A program made the translations under genes and the position numbers. The notes beneath the pieces are model-generated. The model searched no databases. It was not told the DNA's origin and saw only the letters and a program-made list of their open reading frames with translations. A stretch of 45,067 nt of DNA from Fidelibacterota bacterium REDSEA-S14_B6. GTDB taxonomy: Bacteria; Fidelibacterota; Marinisomatia; Marinisomatales; S15-B10. The DNA is taken from positions 1 to 45,067 of the forward strand of contig LUOC01000124.1 of the NCBI GenBank assembly GCA_001626655.1. Reading direction: 5' to 3'. Position 1 is the stretch's first letter; every line of letters starts with the position of its first letter. Below are positions 1 to 9,491 of the stretch, in pieces.

Positions 1-50
1 GTCCGAAGGACGACTGTAGCAATCCCGTGATTCTTGGCTGCGGTCAGCGC

Positions 51-81
51 AACCTGACAGGATCGTAGAACCTGTCAGGTT
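51..81. repeat. perfect 11-bp inverted repeat (AACCTGACAGG N9 CCTGTCAGGTT), possible stem-loop downstream of the DUF4430-like gene
   Basis: Read directly: 51-61 is the exact reverse complement of 71-81. No flanking T/A run, so it is not a canonical intrinsic terminator. Confidence 0.35.
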
Positions 82-149
82 GAATTGGTCAGAAAATTAA
101 CCCACAGCTTAAGCCGGGGGTTATACAAACACGGTAAGACTGAACTGTT

Positions 150-467
150 TCAACGGTTTCCCGGATACGTGAGGCTTGGGGGATCGGGGCTGTCGCCATA
201 CCACCAGAGCACCTGCTCCCCTTCCGCCGGGAGCGCCTCTGACGCCGGTTTGGGGACTTTGCTCCCCGCCACGGCATAGCGCCAGAATTGGGGGTCGTTG
301 TTCTCCAATCCGTTGATGGATATCACCATACCACTATGGATCGGATCGTCGGCCACCGCTACATCGTGCTCCTCTTTCAACAGGTCAACGGCTGATGAGC
401 GTCCGTCCCCCTCAAGGAGAATAACGCGAGCGTGGAACGATTCCCGTTGGCTGTCGAGGAGATTCAT
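150..467 (-). CDS. small DUF4430-like (transcobalamin-like C-terminal fold) protein
   Basis: Motif pattern ...GMVISINGLENNDPQFWRYAVAGSKV...EGEQVLWWYG resembles DUF4430 (InGl...W.y.vNG...GD.i.w.y). I chose the internal ATG at 467, preceded by GGAG and 3 nt after the stop of the upstream gene. Confidence 0.45.
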   Translation of the reverse strand: MNLLDSQRESFHARVILLEGDGRSSAVDLLKEEHDVAVADDPIHSGMVISINGLENNDPQFWRYAVAGSKVPKPASEALPAEGEQVLWWYGDSPDPPSLTYPGNR

Positions 468-469
468 CG

Positions 470-1150
470 CTACTCCAGATTCTCGCTGAAAAAGTCCTTC
501 ACGAGCCGCCACGCTTTTCCGGCGACATCAGCATCATACACGTCCGGGCGGGAGTCGTTGAAAAAGGCGTGGTTGACGCGGGGAAAAATGTGGAAGTCGG
601 GCGAGTGGCCGTGGGATTCCAGCTTCGCTTTGAGTTCATTGGCGTTGTCCGGCGTTACGAATTCGTCCAGTTCGGCGAAGATGCCAAGAACAGGCGCGCG
701 GAGATTGGCGAAGTCCGGCTGGACGTTGGGATGAATCCCGTAGAAATCGACACAGGCGCCGATCTGATCGTTGGCGCAGGCGGCAAAGAGGGAGAGCTGT
801 CCCCCCATGCAAAAGCCGACGGTGCCAATTTTGCTGCTGGAGACTGCTTCATGGTCAGCAAGAAAGCTAACGGCGCCGGCGAGATCTTTCGCTGTGTCGG
901 CAATGTTGAGGGCCATCATCATCCGGCCGGCGTCATCTGGGTGTGTCGTTGATTCGCCGTGGTAGAGGTCAGGTGCGAGGGCCGTAAAGCCGGCTTCGGC
1001 AAACCGGTCCACCACGTCTTTAATGTGATCGACCAAGCCCCACCACTCCTGAAGTACAATGACGCCGGGCCCGCTCCCGGACTCCGGGAAAGAGAGGTGC
1101 CCCCCGCAACTGCCTCCGTTTGCCTGAAATGATATTGAAGTTCCATTCAT
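470..1150 (-). CDS. dienelactone hydrolase family protein
   Basis: Typical DLH layout: GPGVIVLQEWWGL, nucleophile elbow GFCMGG, C-terminal HAF. I chose the start at ATG 1150 (MNGTSISF...) with GGAGAA 8 nt upstream; the longer ORF N-terminus looks non-coding. Confidence 0.85.
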   Translation of the reverse strand: MNGTSISFQANGGSCGGHLSFPESGSGPGVIVLQEWWGLVDHIKDVVDRFAEAGFTALAPDLYHGESTTHPDDAGRMMMALNIADTAKDLAGAVSFLADHEAVSSSKIGTVGFCMGGQLSLFAACANDQIGACVDFYGIHPNVQPDFANLRAPVLGIFAELDEFVTPDNANELKAKLESHGHSPDFHIFPRVNHAFFNDSRPDVYDADVAGKAWRLVKDFFSENLE

Positions 1151-1300
1151 CGTCTTTTCTCCATTATGAAAAAGGGTCTCTTCCCCATCGCGAGAAAATA
1201 CTAAACAGGAACAGTTTCGCCAAATTTGCACGCCAACTTTCCCTTGCCTCCAGTCGCCGGGGGAGAGTAATCTCGGACAGCAAATCACTGTTCATTCTTT

Positions 1301-2620
1301 ATGTATTCACCTGAAATTGCCGCCGCTGTCAGAGACGCCATAGCATCCAACCTCCGCAAGGAGAGTGACCTCAGCATAGGGGTCGAGGTGGAGAACATTG
1401 TTTATGACAGCGATCTCAACCGTATTCCTGTAGACCGGGGCGACACTTTCTCCACGCACGATCTCCGGTACGAACTGGAGTGTGCCAGCGCCGGGTCAGG
1501 GATTGAACCGGCGCTCACCATCGAGCCGGGAGGGCAGATGGAATACGCCTCGGCGCCCCACATAACACTTGAAGGTCTGGACAGTAAATGGCACCGCTAC
1601 ATGAAAGGCTTTCTGTCAATTGCAGGGGAGAAAGGGCTTATTGTTTCAGATTTTGCGTTGGAGCCCGTTGCCCCCGCTGATGATATCACTATCATCGATC
1701 ATCGGAAGTACAAGCTGATGTACGCCCGCTTCAGCGACACCGGAAGCCTCGGCCACGAGATGATGCTCAACACCGCCAGCGTTCAAATCAACCTCGATTA
1801 TACCTCTCTCGAGGAAGCGGCCCGGCTCGCCTTTGTGGCGGATTTTCTCCACCCCGTCGCGGCACTGCTCTTCTCCAATGCGCCGTTCTACAGAGGTGAA
1901 CCGGCTGGCCTCCGGAACATGCGGGAGATCATCTGGCGCAACACCGATCCCGCCCGGAGCAACTGCCTGATAGACCACGGAATCAGTGACATGGAAACAC
2001 TTCTGGATGACTTCGGAGAATATGTGCTCCAAACCCCTGTGCTATTTACCTTCGATAAGGACGGCTCAGTTGGAACATTTGACGGCGCCCTCGGGGATTG
2101 GCTCTCGTCTCTCCACGCCGACGGAAAGCTCGAAAGAAGCGACGTTATGACGGCGCTCCACCAGATTTTTACACAGGTGCGGTTCAAGCATGTGCTAGAG
2201 ATTCGCGGTCCGGACCGGCCCCCCTTTGGCTACGAACTTGCACCTGCGGCATTTTTTCTGGGACTGCTCCGATCTTCCTCCACTCTGGAAAAAGCGATGG
2301 AAGTCTGCTCTGACTGCACCATGGAACAACGGACAAACCTCAACAGTGCAGTCCAGACACTGGACTTTGATCAGTCGCCAGTGGCCGGGATGACGTTGCG
2401 GGAGCTATGTGGGCAGTTTCTCCATCTCGCCATGGATGGGCTGTCTGAGAAAGATGGTGAGTCTTATCTCCGGCCCTTCGCCGACAAGTTTCTGGCAGAT
2501 GGGCCTTTTACTCTTTCTACCCAGGAAGCGTTCCGAAAGTCGGGGAAGAGTGTGGAACAGTTCATGAGGGCCCGATGGGACGAGCAAAAAGAGTTCTTGA
2601 AAGATTATACGAAAACATGA
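1301..2620 (+). CDS. gshA: glutamate--cysteine ligase, plant/alpha-proteobacterial type (GCS2 family)
   Basis: Blocks EPGGQMEYASAP, GHEMMLNTASVQINLDY and LFSNAPF...MREIIWRNTDPARSN match from memory the plant GSH1 blocks EPGGQFELSGAP, MMLRTCTVQVNLDF and LFANSPF...MRSHIW.DTD. Confidence 0.8.
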   Translation: MYSPEIAAAVRDAIASNLRKESDLSIGVEVENIVYDSDLNRIPVDRGDTFSTHDLRYELECASAGSGIEPALTIEPGGQMEYASAPHITLEGLDSKWHRYMKGFLSIAGEKGLIVSDFALEPVAPADDITIIDHRKYKLMYARFSDTGSLGHEMMLNTASVQINLDYTSLEEAARLAFVADFLHPVAALLFSNAPFYRGEPAGLRNMREIIWRNTDPARSNCLIDHGISDMETLLDDFGEYVLQTPVLFTFDKDGSVGTFDGALGDWLSSLHADGKLERSDVMTALHQIFTQVRFKHVLEIRGPDRPPFGYELAPAAFFLGLLRSSSTLEKAMEVCSDCTMEQRTNLNSAVQTLDFDQSPVAGMTLRELCGQFLHLAMDGLSEKDGESYLRPFADKFLADGPFTLSTQEAFRKSGKSVEQFMRARWDEQKEFLKDYTKT

Positions 2621-2630
2621 GGGGGGAGTT

Positions 2631-3350
2631 GTGGCAAACAGACCGTTAATCGGCATCGCTCCGGGCTATTTTGTAAAGGAGAACGCTTACTGGCACATGG
2701 CCCGGGAGGGGTACAGTCAGAGCGTCTGGAAGGCGGACGGCATTCCACTGGTATTGACTTATCCCGAGGATGAATCGAAAGTTTCCGATGTAGCCGACCA
2801 GTTAGGCGGACTTATCCTCACCGGCGGGCCCGACCTTCCCATCGAGATCTACGGCGGCGCCCCCTACGATATGAAAGGGGAAGAGCCGATGCATCCGGCG
2901 CGCGTCTCCTTTGACCGGAAAATCTTTGATGCTTTTGTAGCGCGCCAGAAGCCGGTACTCGCGGTCTGTGCGGGACTTCAGATAATCAACGTCATGAAAG
3001 GGGGGACGCTATACGAGGACGTCCCGTCCCAACTGACCGGCGCCATGGATCACGGCGATTATAAAGGGCCAGTGGTGAACCATGCTGTGGAAGTAGAACA
3101 GTCGAGTTTGTTAAAGGATGTTCTGGAGAACGAGACACCGACCGTAAACAGTACGCACCATCAGGGGATTCGGCGGCTCGGAGAAGGGCTTGTTCCTGTC
3201 GCCTACGCACCTGACGGTCTGATCGAAGCTGTGGAGCCGGTCAACGGTGAGTCATCCTTCCTTGCGGTTCAATGGCACCCCGAGCAGATGCAGGACGATT
3301 CCACCCAAATGAAGCTGTTCCGCTGGCTGATTGAAGAGGCTTTGGCCTAA
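2631..3350 (+). CDS. class I glutamine amidotransferase-like gamma-glutamyl hydrolase (peptidase C26, PuuD-like)
   Basis: GTG start after GGGGGGAG. Nucleophile motif AVCAGLQIIN, HHQ and QWHPE motifs are typical of C26/PuuD. Confidence 0.8.
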   Translation: MANRPLIGIAPGYFVKENAYWHMAREGYSQSVWKADGIPLVLTYPEDESKVSDVADQLGGLILTGGPDLPIEIYGGAPYDMKGEEPMHPARVSFDRKIFDAFVARQKPVLAVCAGLQIINVMKGGTLYEDVPSQLTGAMDHGDYKGPVVNHAVEVEQSSLLKDVLENETPTVNSTHHQGIRRLGEGLVPVAYAPDGLIEAVEPVNGESSFLAVQWHPEQMQDDSTQMKLFRWLIEEALA

Positions 3351-3353
3351 CCC

Positions 3354-4886
3354 TTAGACAACCATGGCGTGGCCGCCACGCCTCGGATCGCCGGCGCCCC
3401 CCGCTGGCGTTACAGAATTGGCGCCGCCGAAATAGAGGTTCTTTTCATCCCACCGGTGAATCTTGTAGAAGCTGGACAGTTGCTCCAGCACAGCTTCGTC
3501 CGCTCCCGGTTCCGCCTGAAGGGTGTCGCCGTCTATATGAAGCCGAGGGGCGATGGTCGCCGCTTCAATCTCCACTCCTCCCTCAATCACTTCTACAATC
3601 ATCTGCACGATGGCGGAGCGAATCCTGTTGCTCCCGGCGCTTCCTGTTAACAAGACAGGCGTACCGTTTTTTGTAACAATCGTCGGCGCCACCATGGACG
3701 GGAGGCGGCTCCGCGGTCTGTGGCGATGAAAGCCCTTCGGATTCAGGTCTTCCTCTCCGAGCATATTGTTCAGCATAAAGCCGAGCCCCGGCACCATGTA
3801 CCCGCACCCCTCGCCGTTGGTGGTGGTGACACTGGCGGCGTTGCCTTCTCTGTCAAGGATACTCACTTGCGTGGTGGAGCCGTGCGAAAGAGGGTCTGCT
3901 CCAGTTCCACCAATATCTCTTCTTATTAAACTGTCAACAAACTGCGGGAAGTCCGAATCTAGTGAAAGCTTTTTTCGTGAAGCTACCACGACTCCGTCAG
4001 CAAGTTTTTCCTGCCGTGCATTGTTGGTGAGTGTGTGGGCCAGAGCCGCATCTGCAAGAGTGATATCTTTTCCCGAAGCGGCGGCACGGTTAAGGAGGGC
4101 CAGCGTGAAGTCGATGAGAATCCCACTCATGGCCGGCGGCGGGTTGAGATGAACCTTATGCCCGAGAAAATCTGTCGCCAGAGGCCACCTCTCCTTTACC
4201 TCATAGCTGGAGAGGTCTTCTTTGCTGAGAAGGCCTCCGTCTCCTATCAGTTCCACGATTCTGTCGGCCACTTCTCCACGGTACATCAGGTCTGGCCCTT
4301 CCTGGGACAGTCCGTCAAGAAGGTCCGATAAAGGAGGAATGGCGAACCTGTCGCCCCCTTGGATCAGCTTTCCCCCGGGGGCGTAAAGATCGGCCCCTTC
4401 TCTGTCCTGAACGAGGATAGGACTGAGGATATCGATAAGGTAAGCCTGAACATCTGAAAGGGTGGTCCCTTCTTTTGCAATACGTATGGCCGGGGCCATG
4501 ACGTCCTTAATCCCGAGGTACCCCAACTGTTCTTGCACATGGAACAGCCCTGCCACCGTGCCGGGGATTGCCACCGATCCCTTCCCGATGTGGAACTGCT
4601 GCTGCTCCGCGCCGAAGTCGACCTCAATGTCGAAAAAATCGAGGTCGGTCTCATCTGGGTTTGTGCCGGGCATATCGGCAAAAAAATCAAAGAGAACCGG
4701 CTTCTCCCCTGAACGGCACGCCATAAAGTGGCCAGCTCCGCCGGGGCCGGTGAGGACCGGCTCGGAAGTCATAGATGCAAATACGGCCCCAACGGCCGCA
4801 TCAAAGGCGTTCCCCCCAAGCCAGAGGATTTCGGCGGCCGCTTCAGCGGTAGCTTTGTCACCTGCGGCGATGACGTGGTTATCCAT
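3354..4886 (-). CDS. ggt: gamma-glutamyltransferase family protein (no signal peptide visible)
   Basis: Autoprocessing/nucleophile region HGSTTQVSILDREGNAASVTTTNG and GFMLNNMLGEEDLNP. The length of 510 aa fits. Confidence 0.85.
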   Translation of the reverse strand: MDNHVIAAGDKATAEAAAEILWLGGNAFDAAVGAVFASMTSEPVLTGPGGAGHFMACRSGEKPVLFDFFADMPGTNPDETDLDFFDIEVDFGAEQQQFHIGKGSVAIPGTVAGLFHVQEQLGYLGIKDVMAPAIRIAKEGTTLSDVQAYLIDILSPILVQDREGADLYAPGGKLIQGGDRFAIPPLSDLLDGLSQEGPDLMYRGEVADRIVELIGDGGLLSKEDLSSYEVKERWPLATDFLGHKVHLNPPPAMSGILIDFTLALLNRAAASGKDITLADAALAHTLTNNARQEKLADGVVVASRKKLSLDSDFPQFVDSLIRRDIGGTGADPLSHGSTTQVSILDREGNAASVTTTNGEGCGYMVPGLGFMLNNMLGEEDLNPKGFHRHRPRSRLPSMVAPTIVTKNGTPVLLTGSAGSNRIRSAIVQMIVEVIEGGVEIEAATIAPRLHIDGDTLQAEPGADEAVLEQLSSFYKIHRWDEKNLYFGGANSVTPAGGAGDPRRGGHAMVV

Positions 4887-4968
4887 GCTGTGCCAGCTTA
4901 TCTCTCAAGCGGAGAAATGTACATCACAGCCTGGCTATGCCAAAATGAGTGAACCTGAGCGGGAGCGC

Positions 4969-5721
4969 CTACTTGGATTTGCCCGTCAGCTTTCGGGCCA
5001 GCCACTTGAGAGGATCGTAGTACCGGTCCACCACCCGCTCCTTCATGGGGATGATGCCGTTATCGGTAATCTGAATATGTTCAGGACAAACATCTGTACA
5101 GCATCTGGTGATGTTGCACATCCCAGAACCGTACTCATCCTTGACGGCAGGGATGCGGTCCTCCGTATCGAGAGGGTGCATGTCGAGGCCTGCCAGCCGG
5201 ATCATGAAGCGGGGGCCAACGAAACTGTCCTTCTGTTCATGATCCCGAAGGACGTGGCAGACGTTCTGACAGAGATAGCACTCTATACACTTCCGGAATT
5301 CCTGTATTCTGTCCACGTCCTCCTGCATCATGCGGTAATCGCCGCTGCTGTCTTTCTTCGATGTATCCGGTTTGAACGGGGCGATCCTTTTATTCTGCTC
5401 GTAGTTCCACGAAACATCTGCTACAAGGTCCCTCATGACCGGAAACGAGCGGATGGGACGGATAGAAATAGTTTCATCATCGCCGTACTCGTTCATCCGC
5501 GTCATGCAGGCGAGTTTCGGTTTGCCGTTGATCTCCACGCTGCAGGAGCCGCCCTTGCCCGCCTTGCAGTTCCACCGCACCGCCATGTCGTTTGCTTTCT
5601 CCGCCTGAATGCGATGAATAACGTCCAGAACCACCATCCCTTTGTCCACCTCCGTCTGGTAGTCCACCATGTCTCCAGCGGCGGTGTCACCGCGAAAAAT
5701 TCTGAAATTCCTCAGCCCCAT
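4969..5721 (-). CDS. sdhB: succinate dehydrogenase/fumarate reductase iron-sulfur subunit
   Basis: 2Fe-2S N-domain (CKAGKGGSCSVEING) and Cys clusters CIECYLCQNVC ... CNITRCCTDVCP. ATG at 5721 lies 1 nt after the sdhA stop (TAAGATG). Confidence 0.9.
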   Translation of the reverse strand: MGLRNFRIFRGDTAAGDMVDYQTEVDKGMVVLDVIHRIQAEKANDMAVRWNCKAGKGGSCSVEINGKPKLACMTRMNEYGDDETISIRPIRSFPVMRDLVADVSWNYEQNKRIAPFKPDTSKKDSSGDYRMMQEDVDRIQEFRKCIECYLCQNVCHVLRDHEQKDSFVGPRFMIRLAGLDMHPLDTEDRIPAVKDEYGSGMCNITRCCTDVCPEHIQITDNGIIPMKERVVDRYYDPLKWLARKLTGKSK

Positions 5722-5722
5722 C

Positions 5723-7567
5723 TTACTGTTCACCGGCCACTTCTGCTTCCACCTCTTCTATGGAGAGGCCGGCAATTCTATCCAGCTCAGCGTCCGGCGC
5801 AGGCCGTTCAATTTTTTCACTCTTCATGGACCCGTCATCGGCTTTGCTCAGCACCACATTGTACCGCAGCCATTCATCCTGCTCGCCGGGGTAGTCCACC
5901 CGGGTATGGGCGCCGCGGCTCTCCTGACGCAACAGCGCCGCCTGTGCCACCGCTTCGGAAGTGATCAGCAGGTTCCGCAATGCAAGCGCTTCGTGCCACC
6001 CCGGATTAAACTGGGAGGCGCCGGCTGCTTTCACTTTTTTGAAGGACTGTTTCAGTCCGTCCAGTCCCGTGATCCCTTCAGTCAGAAGCTCTTCCGTCCG
6101 GACAATGCCGACGCTGCTCTGCATCAGCTCCTCGAGTTGTTCGTGCAGGAGATAAGGGTTTTCCCCCGACTCCCGGTTCAGGATATCAGTGGCACTGCGG
6201 ATAATGGATCGAATCTGATCGTCGTCAGCTGTCGGTTCAGATGTCATTTCGCTGATGTAGTTGGCGGCTCCTTCACCGCTAAGTTTTCCGAATACGAGCA
6301 GATCAGAAAGAGAGTTGCCTCCGAGGCGGTTGGCGCCGTGCATGCCGGCGGCACATTCTCCGCAGGCAAACAGCCCCGGCACTCTCGACATCTGACTGTC
6401 GGCATCCACCCGGATGCCCCCCATAAAGTAATGGAGCGTCGGTCCCACTTCCATCGGTTCGGCAGTAATGTCCAGCTCTGCCAGCACCTTGAACTGGTGA
6501 TACATGGACGGCAGTTTCCGCTGAATGTCCTCGGCTGTCCGCTTGGAGGCGATGTCGAGAAAAGCGCCGCCGTGGGGCGATCCCCGTCCTGCTTTTACCT
6601 CTTTCCGGATCGCTCTGGCAACTACATCCCTCGTCAACAGTTCAGGAGGCCGTCGGGCGTCCTTGTCTCCGGCCAGCCATTGGGTAGCCTCTTCCTCTGT
6701 GTCCGCTGTCTCAGCGGCAAAGCGGTCCGGGATGTTGTCAAACATGAACCGCTTCCCTTCACTGTTCAGCAGCACGCCTCCCTCTCCCCGGACACTCTCA
6801 GTCACCAGCGTCCCTCTCACCGAGGGCGGCCACACCATCCCCGTTGGGTGAAACTGGGTGAATTCCATGTCCATCAGTTCGGCCCCAGCTTCATAGGCCA
6901 TGCCGTAGCCGTCGCCGGAGTACTCCCAGGAGTTGGAAGTTATCTTCCACCCTTTCCCGCCGCCGCCCGTGGCGACGATGGCAGCCTTCGCCCTGAAGAC
7001 AACAAACCGCCCAGTCTCACGCCACATGCCCACCATGCCGGAAATCTTATCGCCATCTTTCAGAAAGTCGAGGCCGGTGCACTCCATATAGACATCAATC
7101 CCCTGATGGATACCGTGATCCTGCAGTGTCCTGATAATTTCGAGTCCCGTTCTGTCCCCGACGTGGGCGAGGCGGGGATATCGATGGCCGCCAAAATTCC
7201 GCTGATTGATGAGGCCCGCTTTTGTCCTGTCGAACACTGCCCCCCACTCCTCCAGTTCGCGGACACGATCTGGCGCCTCCTTGGCGTGAAGCTCGGCCAT
7301 CCGCCAGACGTTTAAAAACTTGCCCCCGCGCATGGTGTCGCGGAAGTGAACCTTCCAGTGATCTCTCGAATCTACGTTGCCGAGAGCGGCGGCGACGCCC
7401 CCTTCAGCCATAACGGTGTGGGCCTTGCCTAAGAGGGATTTGCAGACAAGGCCGGTACTCAGCCCCCGTATTGAGCATTCAATAGCTGCCCTCAGTCCGG
7501 CGCCGCCGGCGCCGACGACAATCACATCGTGCTCAACAACCTGTATGTCGGAAATGTCCACAGTCAC
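5723..7567 (-). CDS. sdhA: succinate dehydrogenase/fumarate reductase flavoprotein subunit
   Basis: FAD-binding DVIVVGAGGAGLRAA, HTVMAEGG and HGANRLGGNSL motifs. I chose GTG at 7567, which overlaps the sdhC stop as GTGA; the longer ORF N-terminus lies inside sdhC. Confidence 0.9.
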   Translation of the reverse strand: MTVDISDIQVVEHDVIVVGAGGAGLRAAIECSIRGLSTGLVCKSLLGKAHTVMAEGGVAAALGNVDSRDHWKVHFRDTMRGGKFLNVWRMAELHAKEAPDRVRELEEWGAVFDRTKAGLINQRNFGGHRYPRLAHVGDRTGLEIIRTLQDHGIHQGIDVYMECTGLDFLKDGDKISGMVGMWRETGRFVVFRAKAAIVATGGGGKGWKITSNSWEYSGDGYGMAYEAGAELMDMEFTQFHPTGMVWPPSVRGTLVTESVRGEGGVLLNSEGKRFMFDNIPDRFAAETADTEEEATQWLAGDKDARRPPELLTRDVVARAIRKEVKAGRGSPHGGAFLDIASKRTAEDIQRKLPSMYHQFKVLAELDITAEPMEVGPTLHYFMGGIRVDADSQMSRVPGLFACGECAAGMHGANRLGGNSLSDLLVFGKLSGEGAANYISEMTSEPTADDDQIRSIIRSATDILNRESGENPYLLHEQLEELMQSSVGIVRTEELLTEGITGLDGLKQSFKKVKAAGASQFNPGWHEALALRNLLITSEAVAQAALLRQESRGAHTRVDYPGEQDEWLRYNVVLSKADDGSMKSEKIERPAPDAELDRIAGLSIEEVEAEVAGEQ

Positions 7568-8400
7568 ATCCCCCAGGTGCTGAAATCTGTCCACTTCCCC
7601 ATGGCGACCATCCTGACATAAACGTCCGCCAGCGCAACCCAGATCATGCTGAGCCACGCCCAGAGCATGTGTCGTCCGTTGAGCCACGACACCCCTTTCC
7701 AGAGCCTGTACCGCTTTGTCGGCTTGCCGTTGGGGCAGGTGAAGCAGTCCATGTTCCCGCCCACGATATGGCGAAAGGCATGGCAGCCGAAAGTATAACC
7801 AGCCAGCAGGATTGGGTTAATAATCAGAATGATAGAGCCGACACCGACGCCAAATTCCCCGCCCCGGAAAAAACTCATAATTCCATCGTAGGTGAGAATC
7901 ACAATAAAGGCGAGGGCGATATAGAGCGTGTAACGGTGGAGGTTCTGAAAAACGAGGAGCGCCGTTTCACCTCTGTATTCTTTCCTTGGGATGCCTGCCA
8001 CGGCACAGGCCGGCGGCGACAGGAAATAGGCTCGGTAGTAGAACTTCCTGTAGTAGTAGCAGGTCATCCTGAAAGAGAGGGGGCCCATGAGAATCAGGAT
8101 GGCTGGAGAGGCGGGAATCAGTTTCGGCCACCATCCCGGCCAGGAGCCGAACCATGCGTGATCCAGCGGCGCGGCACCGCTGACGGTGGGATTGATGAAA
8201 ATCAGCGGAGAGTAGAAGGGAGAGAGATAGCCGCCGAATCCCTCCACACCGGCGCTGAACCAGTAGAACTCGGCCTGCAGCATGGACCAGGTGGTGTAAA
8301 GGACGAAGGCGAGAAAACCGGCGCCGGTCCAGAGCGGCTCAACCCACCATCGGTCGGTTCGTGATGTATAGGCGAGGGGTAGTTTTGCTGAAGAGTCCAT
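7564..8400 (-). CDS. sdhC: succinate dehydrogenase membrane anchor, large (278 aa) single-subunit type resembling mycobacterial Sdh1 SdhC
   Basis: Polytopic hydrophobic protein immediately upstream of sdhA/sdhB. Size and CAB gene order match the Rv0249c-Rv0247c type. Carries the C/H cluster GCHAFRH...DCFTCP. Confidence 0.7.
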   Translation of the reverse strand: MDSSAKLPLAYTSRTDRWWVEPLWTGAGFLAFVLYTTWSMLQAEFYWFSAGVEGFGGYLSPFYSPLIFINPTVSGAAPLDHAWFGSWPGWWPKLIPASPAILILMGPLSFRMTCYYYRKFYYRAYFLSPPACAVAGIPRKEYRGETALLVFQNLHRYTLYIALAFIVILTYDGIMSFFRGGEFGVGVGSIILIINPILLAGYTFGCHAFRHIVGGNMDCFTCPNGKPTKRYRLWKGVSWLNGRHMLWAWLSMIWVALADVYVRMVAMGKWTDFSTWGM

Positions 8401-8433
8401 TGGACGACAGATCCCTCCGCCCGAAGGAGGCGG

Positions 8434-9081
8434 TTATCCTTTCAGGCGAAAATTGACAGGGATGGAAATCCAGACGCCTACATCCCTGTCACGCTGTTTA
8501 GCAGGTTTGAACTTGGTCTTCTTAATGGCGGTCATAGCGGCATCATCCAGCCCCGTATTTGCAATCCCTTTCAAGACCACCGTCTCCGTCACTTTGCCTT
8601 TCTTATTAACGAAAGCCTGTATAACCACCGTCCCTTCGATCCCGGCTTCCTGGGCTATCTCGGGATAGACAATGTTTCGCTGGATGGCGCCGTAGCCACC
8701 AATCGGTACGGGTGGATCATCGTAAGGGATGAAACGCACACGAGGCCCTTCGGACGGCGGCGGAGGCGGTGAATCCCACTCCACGAAATCGTCAAGTTCC
8801 GTCTCCTCAATCGTGATGTCGTCGGCCAAATCCTCATCCTCGGACTCCACCGGAATAGACGGCCTTGAGGGGGGCGGGGGCAGTTCAAACTGCTGAGTCT
8901 GCGGAATGTCAAACTGCTCAATCTCGATGTGGATCTCCTTCTCAAGGAACTCCTTCACGCCGAACCGCGGAAAGGCGATAAGCAGTGTAATCAGCATCAG
9001 GACGGAAATGAGTGTCGTCACACGGACCGCAATGGGATAGCGAAGTTTCAGGGAGACGCTGGGGTCTTTTCTAAGGATCAT
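8434..9081 (-). CDS. tonB: TonB family energy transducer
   Basis: N-terminal TM helix, Pro-rich spacer (PPPPSRPSIP, SPPPPPSEGP) and a TonB C-terminal domain (YPEIAQEAGIEGTVVIQAFVNKKG...FKPA). ATGA overlap with the upstream exbD. Confidence 0.8.
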   Translation of the reverse strand: MILRKDPSVSLKLRYPIAVRVTTLISVLMLITLLIAFPRFGVKEFLEKEIHIEIEQFDIPQTQQFELPPPPSRPSIPVESEDEDLADDITIEETELDDFVEWDSPPPPPSEGPRVRFIPYDDPPVPIGGYGAIQRNIVYPEIAQEAGIEGTVVIQAFVNKKGKVTETVVLKGIANTGLDDAAMTAIKKTKFKPAKQRDRDVGVWISIPVNFRLKG

Positions 9082-9491
9082 GACGGCGCCGCGACTTTCG
9101 ATGAATAGTTAATCTTGAGGGCATCCGCTTCTCGGAGCTCGTTGTGCATATCGCTTATGAGTTCCATGGACGCTTCCCTGTCAGCCTTGAGAGAGACAGT
9201 CAGTTGGGGATCGGCCACGCGCTTATCATACATTACATGCTTCACATTGTCCATGGGAATAATCTTGTCATCAATGGAGATCATCCCATCTTTCGATATG
9301 AAAATGTGGGCCGTGTGCCGCTTTGACTCCAGCCGTTCAATTTTTCGCGCCTGCGGAAGGAACACATTCAGCCCCTCATATTCTCTGAGCACTGTCGTGA
9401 CCATGAAGAAAATGAGCAGCATGAAAATAATGTCCGGCATGGAAGAGGTAGGGATTTCACCGGAGACTTTAGTCTTTGAGGAGAACTTCAC
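9078..9491 (-). CDS. exbD: ExbD/TolR biopolymer transport protein
   Basis: N-terminal SSMPDIIFMLLIFFMVTT helix plus the ExbD periplasmic domain. GTG start overlaps the upstream stop (GTGA). Confidence 0.85.
   Translation of the reverse strand: MKFSSKTKVSGEIPTSSMPDIIFMLLIFFMVTTVLREYEGLNVFLPQARKIERLESKRHTAHIFISKDGMISIDDKIIPMDNVKHVMYDKRVADPQLTVSLKADREASMELISDMHNELREADALKINYSSKVAAPS

Noticed and set aside
85-279. Overlapping 62-64-aa ORFs on both strands near the window start
   Set aside because: They overlap the better-supported DUF4430-like frame and have no motifs. The region 1-149 has no convincing start in any frame. A possible plus-strand gene end at 66-68 is only 22 codons, too short to call.
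4462-7315. Two very long plus-strand ORFs (500 and 548 aa)
   Set aside because: They lie antisense to sdhB and sdhA, whose products have unmistakable motifs. The translations are Arg/Pro/Ala/Gly-rich low-complexity sequence typical of shadow ORFs in GC-rich DNA.
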